From positions 1 to 55,728 of the forward strand of contig JAJQGV010000145.1 of NCBI GenBank assembly GCA_021200215.1: DNA of 55,728 nt, read 5' to 3'. Source of the DNA: Ruminococcus sp. Lineage in GTDB: Bacteria > Bacillota > Clostridia > Oscillospirales > Ruminococcaceae. The notes beneath the pieces were generated by a model, which was not told the origin of the DNA, searched no databases, and was given only the letters and a program-made list of their open reading frames with translations. Both the position numbers and the translations under genes were made by a program. Shown in pieces: positions 48,474 to 55,728 of this stretch. Position 1 is the first letter of the stretch; each line of letters starts with the position of its first letter.

Positions 48474-49435
48474 TGGTTAAGTTCCTCGGATATAGTGTCT
48501 ACTAACATCTTAATAATGTTTTTTGCAGGAGTATTTTCTATCTTACAGCCACCAGCTTTGATATGTCCTCCTCCACCAAACTTTTGGCAAACCTTAGATA
48601 CATTTACTTCATTGACTGAACGCAAAGATATCTTAAAGGTATCTTTCTTTATCTCTTTCATGGTAATGCCCACTTCTACACCTTCAGTCTGTGTAGATAG
48701 TCCAGTTAAGCCTTCGAAATCATCTAGTGACATATTTAGTCGAGTAATCATTTCGTTGGTTATACATAGTACCGATACTTGTCCATCTAGGTAATATGTT
48801 ATGTTATCTAAAGCTTCACGTTCTGCCTTTATTCGTGCTAGACTTTTAACGTCGAACATTAAACGATTAATCTCGGCATAGTTTATGCTTGGAAATGTAG
48901 ACATTATTTCACTTGTAATCCAATGAGTTTCTGCATTACAATTGCTGAATTTAAAACAACCAGTATCTGTAGCTATACCAGTGTATAGACACTTTGCTAT
49001 AATTTCAGTGAGTTTAATTCCCATAGTTTTAAGTAGTTTATACATAACCTCGCAATTTGCTGATGAGTTTGGCGATACTAACAAGTACTTAGAATACTCT
49101 ACATTAGATATATGATGGTCTATACATAGATACACTTTATCTCCATAGGGTTCTTTTAAATCACCTAATAGTTTAGCGTCTGCTACATCGGTAGATACTA
49201 TATAGTCTGGTGTAAAGTCTGTATCTTTATATCCATCGGTGATGTAACTATACTTTTTATGAAAAGTATCACTGCATAGAACCTTAGCTTTTTTGCCCAT
49301 ATCGGTTAGGGCGTAGTATAATGCAAATCCCGAACCGATAGTATCTCCATCGGGGCTTTGATGTGTTAAAATATACACATTATCCATCTTTTTAATCATT
49401 TCAGCGGTAGAAATGTAATCTAAATATATTGACAT
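48470..49435 (-). CDS. nrnA: DHH/DHHA1 phosphoesterase (NrnA-like oligoribonuclease/pAp phosphatase)
   Basis: HQSPDGDTIGS, CIDHH, GGGHIKAGG. Confidence 0.85.
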   Translation of the reverse strand: MSIYLDYISTAEMIKKMDNVYILTHQSPDGDTIGSGFALYYALTDMGKKAKVLCSDTFHKKYSYITDGYKDTDFTPDYIVSTDVADAKLLGDLKEPYGDKVYLCIDHHISNVEYSKYLLVSPNSSANCEVMYKLLKTMGIKLTEIIAKCLYTGIATDTGCFKFSNCNAETHWITSEIMSTFPSINYAEINRLMFDVKSLARIKAEREALDNITYYLDGQVSVLCITNEMITRLNMSLDDFEGLTGLSTQTEGVEVGITMKEIKKDTFKISLRSVNEVNVSKVCQKFGGGGHIKAGGCKIENTPAKNIIKMLVDTISEELNQ

Positions 49436-49467
49436 ATTTTAATCTTCCTTTATATATTTTATTATGT

Positions 49468-49494
49468 ATGTAACGCTTTTATAGAGCGTTACAT
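49468..49494 (-). terminator. Hairpin between rbfA and nrnA
   Basis: 10-bp stem ATGTAACGCT/AGCGTTACAT with a 7-nt loop. Confidence 0.55.
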
Positions 49495-49507
49495 AGTTTA
49501 ATATGCT

Positions 49508-49894
49508 TTAGTCATCTAATAGTGTATTATCTTCGGTAGTATCTGTGGTATTCTGTGGGACTACCTTTCTAATGACCTCATTTATCTGACTAGAGCGTTC
49601 AATACTATCATCTGCTATAAACTTTAGGTCAGGACACTTTCGCATCTTTAGACGTGCAAATAGTTCTCTCTTAATATATCCACTTGCGGACTGTAAACCT
49701 ACTACCGATTGCTTAGTAGTTTCCATTCCATAGAAACTAGATACATATATCTTGCAATGTGATAAATCCTTAGATAGGTCGCACTTTACTATAGAAAGCA
49801 TATCTGAAATGCGAGGGTCTTTCAACTCTCTAAAGATTGCGGTAAGTTCTCTATTTATATCTTCTTCAAATCTATTAGATTTAAAACTTGCCAT
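49508..49894 (-). CDS. rbfA: Ribosome-binding factor A
   Basis: RISDMLSIVKCDLSKDLSHCKIYVS and KCPDLKF patterns. ATG at 49894 follows GGAGG. Confidence 0.92.
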   Translation of the reverse strand: MASFKSNRFEEDINRELTAIFRELKDPRISDMLSIVKCDLSKDLSHCKIYVSSFYGMETTKQSVVGLQSASGYIKRELFARLKMRKCPDLKFIADDSIERSSQINEVIRKVVPQNTTDTTEDNTLLDD

Positions 49895-49974
49895 AAAAAA
49901 ATCCTCCATATATTCCACGGGCAGATATTGTTTATAATCTACCCGTTAAACTTCTTTAATATTATTTTGTTATG

Positions 49975-52593
49975 TTAATCTTCTCTGTACTCTTCCATAA
50001 CGAAAGCCTCTAGTATATCGCCCTCTTTGATGTCATTAAACTTAGTTAAGCCAATACCACATTCAAAGCCACTAGCCACTTCCTTAGCGTCATCTTTAAA
50101 ACGTTTTAGGCTGTCAATCTTATCCTCGCATATTACTATACCATCACGAACCACACGAATTTCAGCGTTTCTTGAAATCTTACCATCGAGGACGTAAGAA
50201 CCTGCAATCTGACCAACGTTAGATATTTTAAATACGTTACGAACTTCGGCTCTACCGAGTTGAACCTCTCTAAACTTAGGAGCAAGCATACCTTTCATAG
50301 CGGTAGTAATTTCGTCTATAGCGTCATATATAATTCTATATAGTCGAATATCCACACCATCACGTTCTGCACTTTCTGATGCTACAGGGTCTGGACGAAC
50401 GTTGAATCCTACTATTATTGCGTTAGATACTGATGCTAACATGACATCACTTTCATTGACAGCACCTACCGCACCGTGTATAACTTTAACCCTAACTTCA
50501 TCGTTGGATATCTTTTCAAGAGATTGCTTAACTGCCTCAACTGAACCTTGAACGTCTGCTTTTACTATTATTGGTAGTTCTTTAATCTCACCTTGTTCAA
50601 TCTGACTAAATAGATTGTCAAGGGTAACCTTTTGATAAGCTTTAAACTGTTCTTGTTTAGCCTCATGTTTACGTTGCTCAACTAGTTCACGAGCGAGTTT
50701 TTCATCTTCTACTGCGTTGAAAGTATCGCCAGCAGATGGAACTTCAGCAAGACCAGTAATCTCAACAGGTACAGATGGCCCAGCACTTTGTACTACCTTT
50801 CCTTTATCGTTAGTCATAACTCTAACTTTGCCTACAGATGTACCTGCTATAATAACATCACCTTGTTTAAGAGTACCGTTCTGTACTAATACTGTAGCTA
50901 CTGGGCCTCTGCCTTTATCAAGTTTTGCCTCAATGACCGTACCCTTAGCTAACCTATTAGGATTTGCTTTTAATTCCTTAACTTCTGCTACTAACAAGAT
51001 GTTCTCTAGTAACTCTTCAATGCCTTCACCAGTCTTTGCAGATACTGGTATGCATATAGTATCGCCACCCCAATCTTCGCAGACTATACCATGCTCTGTG
51101 AGTTCTTGTTTAACCTTTTCAGGATTAGCACCTTCTTTATCAATCTTATTCATAGCTACTATTAGAGTAACTCCAGCTGCCTTTGCGTGATTTATAGACT
51201 CTACGGTCTGTGGCATGATACCATCATCACTAGCCACAACTAATATAGCAATATCTGTAATGTTTGCACCTCTAGCCCTCATAGATGTAAATGCCTCATG
51301 TCCAGGGGTATCTAAGAAGGTTATATCCTTATCTTGATACCTAACTTGGTATGCTCCTATGTGTTGAGTAATACCACCAGCTTCAGAATCTGTTACGTGA
51401 GCATTTCTAATTCTATCGAGTATAGACGTTTTACCGTGGTCAACGTGTCCCATAACTACTACTACAGGACAACGTTCTTCTACGTTTTGGTCATCATCAT
51501 CACTATCATCGATTAGCCTTTCTTCTATGGTTATAATGACCTCTTTTTCAACCTTAGCGTTGAACTCTTCAGCTACTAAAGAGGCGGTATCAAAGTCTAT
51601 AGTTTCGTTGATACTTGCCATTACACCTAAGCCCATCAACTTCTTAATAACGTCGGATACTGTTACTTTTAGACGTGTAGCTAGTTCACTAACAACTATC
51701 TCATCTGGGATTAAAACTTTTAGTTGTTGCTTTCTTGCTCTTTCAAGTTCTAAGCGACGTAGCTTTTCAGTTTCGGTTTCTTTCTTAGATGAGTACTTCT
51801 GCTTATTTTTCTGTGCAGATTTTTGAGAAATCTTCTGTTTTTTAGTGTAGTTATCTTTTTGACGGTTAGCAGGAGCAATCTGTTCATAGCGTTCGTTGTA
51901 CTTATCTAAGTCGATGTAGCTTGTGCTACTACGAGTATCTACAGTACGAGTATTTGGTCTACTCTCTGTGGATACGTTAGATGACATACTTACGTTTAAC
52001 TTAGTCTTTTCACCTCTAGTATGTTGCCTATGAGATGGTGTGTTACTCTTAACGTTGTTTGCCTTAGTATCTCCCTTAGCAGATAGTTCTTGTGGTCTTT
52101 TACTAGTATTCATCTTAGATGTTGCTTGAGTCTGCTGTCTTTGATTACTATTATTACCGTTGTTACTATTACTAGTACCATTACCTTTCTTCTTAAAGTT
52201 TTGATTATTATTACTGTTGTTAATAGGCTTCTTCTTTGGTACTTCATTTGACCTATTAAAATCTTTTTTGGATTGTTCTCTCTTAGGAGCATTCGCTCTT
52301 GGATTGTTTGAACTTTCCGCAGGTTGAGATATATTCCTCTTATTGTTGTTATTACTACTTTTCGTAATATCGCCCTCTTTACTATTTCTTGATGCTAAGT
52401 AACTATCAAATGAAACTACTTGATTGTTCTGCGTTAGATGTTCAAGAACTATGTTTATTTCCTCTTCGGATACCGCAGAGGAAGGTTTCTTCCTTACAGT
52501 ACTATTTCCGTATTTAGCAATTACGTCAATTATTTTATTGTTGTCTAAGTTTAAATCTTTAGCCAGGTCTAATACTTTTATCTTTTTTTGCAT
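49975..52593 (-). CDS. infB: Translation initiation factor IF-2
   Basis: GTPase [18 protein letters not shown]. Long low-complexity N/S/K-rich N-terminal region. Confidence 0.98.
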   Translation of the reverse strand: MQKKIKVLDLAKDLNLDNNKIIDVIAKYGNSTVRKKPSSAVSEEEINIVLEHLTQNNQVVSFDSYLASRNSKEGDITKSSNNNNKRNISQPAESSNNPRANAPKREQSKKDFNRSNEVPKKKPINNSNNNQNFKKKGNGTSNSNNGNNSNQRQQTQATSKMNTSKRPQELSAKGDTKANNVKSNTPSHRQHTRGEKTKLNVSMSSNVSTESRPNTRTVDTRSSTSYIDLDKYNERYEQIAPANRQKDNYTKKQKISQKSAQKNKQKYSSKKETETEKLRRLELERARKQQLKVLIPDEIVVSELATRLKVTVSDVIKKLMGLGVMASINETIDFDTASLVAEEFNAKVEKEVIITIEERLIDDSDDDDQNVEERCPVVVVMGHVDHGKTSILDRIRNAHVTDSEAGGITQHIGAYQVRYQDKDITFLDTPGHEAFTSMRARGANITDIAILVVASDDGIMPQTVESINHAKAAGVTLIVAMNKIDKEGANPEKVKQELTEHGIVCEDWGGDTICIPVSAKTGEGIEELLENILLVAEVKELKANPNRLAKGTVIEAKLDKGRGPVATVLVQNGTLKQGDVIIAGTSVGKVRVMTNDKGKVVQSAGPSVPVEITGLAEVPSAGDTFNAVEDEKLARELVEQRKHEAKQEQFKAYQKVTLDNLFSQIEQGEIKELPIIVKADVQGSVEAVKQSLEKISNDEVRVKVIHGAVGAVNESDVMLASVSNAIIVGFNVRPDPVASESAERDGVDIRLYRIIYDAIDEITTAMKGMLAPKFREVQLGRAEVRNVFKISNVGQIAGSYVLDGKISRNAEIRVVRDGIVICEDKIDSLKRFKDDAKEVASGFECGIGLTKFNDIKEGDILEAFVMEEYRED

Positions 52594-52645
52594 ATAAAAA
52601 ACCCCTCCTGTTTTAATTTAATATGGAATGTATGGCTACATACTA

Positions 52646-52966
52646 CTAACTTTCAGTGGTTAATCTTTCAAAAGATTTTCCAAATCCATCATCACATATA
52701 GCTATTATTCCTGCATTTACATTGATGCACCTATATACATCATCGATGGTTAATGACATACTTAAAACTTTAACCTTATTACTGAAGTTTTCTTTATTAA
52801 GCAAGTAGTTAAGTTCTTTAAGAGTCTTTGCCGACACGTTCGATGCCGTTAGTATATACTTAGCCTCTTTACTCCTTACGGCATCTATAGATACATCGAA
52901 TCCCGTAACTAACCTACCTGCTCTACGGCATATAGTTAAAAGATTAACTATCTTTTGTGAGTTCAT
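52646..52966 (-). CDS. ylxQ: L7Ae-family RNA-binding protein YlxQ
   Basis: LLTICRRAGRLVTG pattern and conserved position between ylxR and infB. Confidence 0.85.
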   Translation of the reverse strand: MNSQKIVNLLTICRRAGRLVTGFDVSIDAVRSKEAKYILTASNVSAKTLKELNYLLNKENFSNKVKVLSMSLTIDDVYRCINVNAGIIAICDDGFGKSFERLTTES

Positions 52967-53216
52967 TCTTCATTACCTCATAAACCTCTGTGGGAATTTG
53001 ACAAGAGAATACTTTTTCAATACGTCTATTCTTTTGTGCTTTGGCAAGACATTCTAACTTAGGGCATATGTAAGCCCCTCTACCTGATTTTTTACCAGTC
53101 TTATCTAAGGAAATATTACCCTCGGCAGACTTAACTATTCTAATAAGTTCACGTTTAGGGAAACTTTCTCCACAACCGCAACACATTCTAATAGGAAGTT
53201 TCTTCTGTTTAGCCAT
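52944..53216 (-). CDS. ylxR: YlxR/RnpM (DUF448) RNA-binding protein
   Basis: PIRMCCGC...KRELIRIV...GRGAYIC. Confidence 0.9.
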   Translation of the reverse strand: MAKQKKLPIRMCCGCGESFPKRELIRIVKSAEGNISLDKTGKKSGRGAYICPKLECLAKAQKNRRIEKVFSCQIPTEVYEVMKNELTKDS

Positions 53217-53222
53217 AGTAGA

Positions 53223-54995
53223 TTAATCTTCTTTCTTCTTTTTATGTTCAGCATTAACTGAAGTATGTTTCTTATCAGCTTTAATATCTATCTTGCACTT
53301 AGTTAGATTAGCTGCTAAACGAGCATTCTGTCCCTTATTACCTATAGCTAATGATATTTGGTCTTCTGGAACGGTAACTCTGCATATGGTCTGTTCTTTG
53401 GTCTTGCCAGTTTTCTTATCGATAACGGTTTCAGTATCCATATTTACACTAGTTATTTTAGCTGGAGATAGTGCATTTGCTACGAATGTAGTTATATCTG
53501 GACTATAGTTTACTATATCGATATTTTCTCTAAAGCCTAGTTCTTTGCATACTGCACTTATTCTGCTGTTATCCACACCTATACAAGCACCTATGGCATC
53601 TACGTGCTTGTTGTTAGATACTACTGCTATCTTAGTACGAGAACCTGCTTCACGAGCAATCTCTTTAATCTCTACAGTACCATCTTGAATTTCAGGAACG
53701 TTTTCTTCAAATAGTTTCCTTATGAAGTCCCAGTGTGTACGAGAAATCTTAACGTAAGGGTTAGACTTATCCTTGTTTACTATCTCAAGTACGTATACCT
53801 TAACCGATTGACCCTCTTCAAACACTTCACCAGGAATCTGTTCATTCTTGTATAGGGTTACTTCGCTACCGTTATACGATAGTACTACGTTGTAATCATC
53901 GCTGATGTACTTTTTATTATCGCTTTTGCGTTGAGATTGTTCTATTCTTACTACTGTACCAGTTATACAACAGTGTTCAAGATATTCAAACCTTTCAATG
54001 AGCCTTTCCTTAAGAATCTTCTTAATTTCACCTCTAAGCGATTGCTTAGCTTGGTTTACTGCGGTTCTACCTAGCTTAGATACGTTTAACTTAACTGGGA
54101 AGAATACTGGATTTTCATCATCGCCACAGACTATAGTATTAAGATTTCCTCTAGCTCTGTTAAGTTCGTTAGCCCTCTTAACGTCTATTATGGTAAAATC
54201 TCCCCATGATTTTTCACCGTTTAGGTCTACAACCTCTTTTTCTAAAAATACATCGAACGTTTTTTCAGATATATTTATCTGTATAATAACATGATTCTTC
54301 ATATACTCTTCATAGGCACTTTCATTTTTAAAGTATACGGCTCTGTTTTTAACATCATGTTCGTAGTATTTTTTAACCGTTTTAAATATAGCATCTTTAA
54401 CCTTTTCTATGATAACATCATCAGAGATATTTATCTCAGATTTTAAAACTTCCATAGAGTCAAAGAGTTCACTTAGAATCTTGTTGTCTATCTTTACATT
54501 AGGTTCTTCGTCTATGCTGTAAGTAGTGAATCTTACACTAGCATTTTGGCGAGAGTTCTTAAGAGAGTTAATACCATTGCTAACCATATTCTTTATAGCT
54601 TGTTGCATTAGGTTTAAGGCATCATTTTCAATAGGGGATAGGTCAAACTCTACTTTGCAGTAGTTAGGCTCATCTTCTGTACCACATTGAACTTCTGGGT
54701 CTATCTTTCTAGCTTGATTAATATCTATAACGGTAAAGTCCCAAGGTTCATCGCCTTGTAGGTCTATAACCTCTTTTTCGATGTATGCTAAGACTATCTT
54801 ATTATCTCTGTCGACCTCTACTGTAACGTGATTATCTAAGTACTCATCATATTCATCTTTGAACTTAGCGTATATATTAGGGTTTTCAGCAGTACTTTCA
54901 AAGTAATCCTTAATAGCCTTAGTTACATTCTTTGAGATTACTTCGTCTGAAATTTTAATAGGGAGAGTCTTTATCCCTTGAAATAGATTGTTCAT
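53223..54995 (-). CDS. nusA: Transcription termination/antitermination factor NusA with a tandemly duplicated N-terminal domain (590 aa)
   Basis: C-terminal half has S1 (ITGTVVRIE...), KH1 (AREAGSRTKIAVVS...DAIGACIGVDNSRI) and KH2 (LAIGNKGQNARLA). The N-terminal ~335 aa form two homologous NusA-NTD-like units. Confidence 0.9.
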   Translation of the reverse strand: MNNLFQGIKTLPIKISDEVISKNVTKAIKDYFESTAENPNIYAKFKDEYDEYLDNHVTVEVDRDNKIVLAYIEKEVIDLQGDEPWDFTVIDINQARKIDPEVQCGTEDEPNYCKVEFDLSPIENDALNLMQQAIKNMVSNGINSLKNSRQNASVRFTTYSIDEEPNVKIDNKILSELFDSMEVLKSEINISDDVIIEKVKDAIFKTVKKYYEHDVKNRAVYFKNESAYEEYMKNHVIIQINISEKTFDVFLEKEVVDLNGEKSWGDFTIIDVKRANELNRARGNLNTIVCGDDENPVFFPVKLNVSKLGRTAVNQAKQSLRGEIKKILKERLIERFEYLEHCCITGTVVRIEQSQRKSDNKKYISDDYNVVLSYNGSEVTLYKNEQIPGEVFEEGQSVKVYVLEIVNKDKSNPYVKISRTHWDFIRKLFEENVPEIQDGTVEIKEIAREAGSRTKIAVVSNNKHVDAIGACIGVDNSRISAVCKELGFRENIDIVNYSPDITTFVANALSPAKITSVNMDTETVIDKKTGKTKEQTICRVTVPEDQISLAIGNKGQNARLAANLTKCKIDIKADKKHTSVNAEHKKKKED

Positions 54996-55060
54996 TTTTT
55001 TAATATCACCTTAGTATAGTTGTTTTAGGTGACTACTCCTTTCACATATAATATTAATGA

Positions 55061-55537
55061 CTAAAAGTCATACTCCTCATGGATTTTAACACTAGATACG
55101 TCTACTAGATTTATTATAGCCTCTGTATCTTCAGATGCTATGGTTATAGTATCTTTAGTAAAGTTAGTAAGTTGACCTATGAACACTTTGCCTAAAGTGT
55201 TGGGTCTAATGAAAGTTACCTCTACATCTTCGCCTACACATTGTTCAAAGTGATGTTCTTTAGTTAGGCTTCTACCTAGACCCGCAGAACCTACCTCAAA
55301 GAAGTATCTCTGTTTGATGGGGTCTACCTCATCTAGTTTATCGTTTAAAGGTCTGCTCAGATTTTCACAATCTTCAATACATATACCTTCTGGTTTATCG
55401 ATAAATACTCTAAGATACCATTCAGCACCTTCTTTCTCGAAACAGACGTCCCAAATTGATAGACCTAAGTTATTAGCAAGTGGCAAAGCTAGGTCATAGA
55501 CGATTCTTTCAGTATTACCATACTTTTTTATTTTCAT
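55061..55537 (-). CDS. rimP: Ribosome maturation factor RimP
   Basis: WYLRVFIDKPEGI...FEVGSAGLGRSL pattern and position upstream of nusA. Confidence 0.92.
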   Translation of the reverse strand: MKIKKYGNTERIVYDLALPLANNLGLSIWDVCFEKEGAEWYLRVFIDKPEGICIEDCENLSRPLNDKLDEVDPIKQRYFFEVGSAGLGRSLTKEHHFEQCVGEDVEVTFIRPNTLGKVFIGQLTNFTKDTITIASEDTEAIINLVDVSSVKIHEEYDF

Positions 55538-55562
55538 AAGAAAAATCCTCCGTATACAAACG

Positions 55563-55586
55563 AAAGACAGGTTTTATCCTGTCTTT
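55563..55586 (-). terminator. Terminator of the gene upstream of rimP (outside the window)
   Basis: Stem AAAGACAGG/CCTGTCTTT with a 6-nt loop. Confidence 0.55.
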
Positions 55587-55728
55587 GCTGAAACTATAAG
55601 TAAATTACAATTAATATTATACCACACTGTATTAGAAATTTCAAGGGGTTTAATTAATTTTTTGATAATTTTAAAGAAAGTTACCAAAAAAATAATTTTC
55701 TGAAAGCTGTACATATATGAATAAATAT

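Noticed and set aside
51700-52593. Low-complexity N/S/K/Q-rich ~300-aa N-terminus of IF-2 as something unusual
   Set aside because: Variable, low-complexity N-terminal extensions are normal for bacterial IF-2.

Overview
Low-GC (about one third G+C by eye) Firmicutes/Clostridia chromosome segment centred on the replication origin. Minus strand, left of the origin: rpmH-rnpA-yidD-yidC-jag-mnmE-mnmG-rsmG-noc-parB-serS. Plus strand: dnaA-[oriC DnaA-box array]-dnaN-yaaA-recF-remB-gyrB-(small membrane gene)-gyrA. Further left: hrcA-grpE-dnaK-dnaJ with a perfect CIRCE operator, tRNA-Pro(GGG), a dockerin-tagged serpin, a 2x[4Fe-4S] ferredoxin, a GntR/ABC cassette with an odd 872-aa membrane protein, and two DD-carboxypeptidases. 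Further right: an orphan spoVAC, a dockerin-bearing BNR-propeller (GH74-like) enzyme, an ABC-2/GldG/DUF4340 cluster, and the complete rimP-nusA-ylxR-ylxQ-infB-rbfA-nrnA-truB-ribF operon on the minus strand. Dockerins suggest a cellulosome/amylosome-type organism. Signals not explained by ordinary annotation: (1) a ~175-nt structured repeat directly behind the gyrB and grpE stop codons, with pairing-preserving differences, plus a mini-copy behind dnaJ; (2) parB has no parA/soj, and is flanked by arrays of CTTGTCAAG / CTTGCAAAG palindromes and a second DnaA-box cluster where soj normally sits; (3) an oriC-like motif module inside the jag coding sequence; (4) NusA with a tandemly duplicated N-terminal domain; (5) a serpin with Cys-Cys-Cys at the predicted scissile position. 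All coordinates and stems were hand-counted. No database or folding software was available, so family names rest on recognised motifs only.
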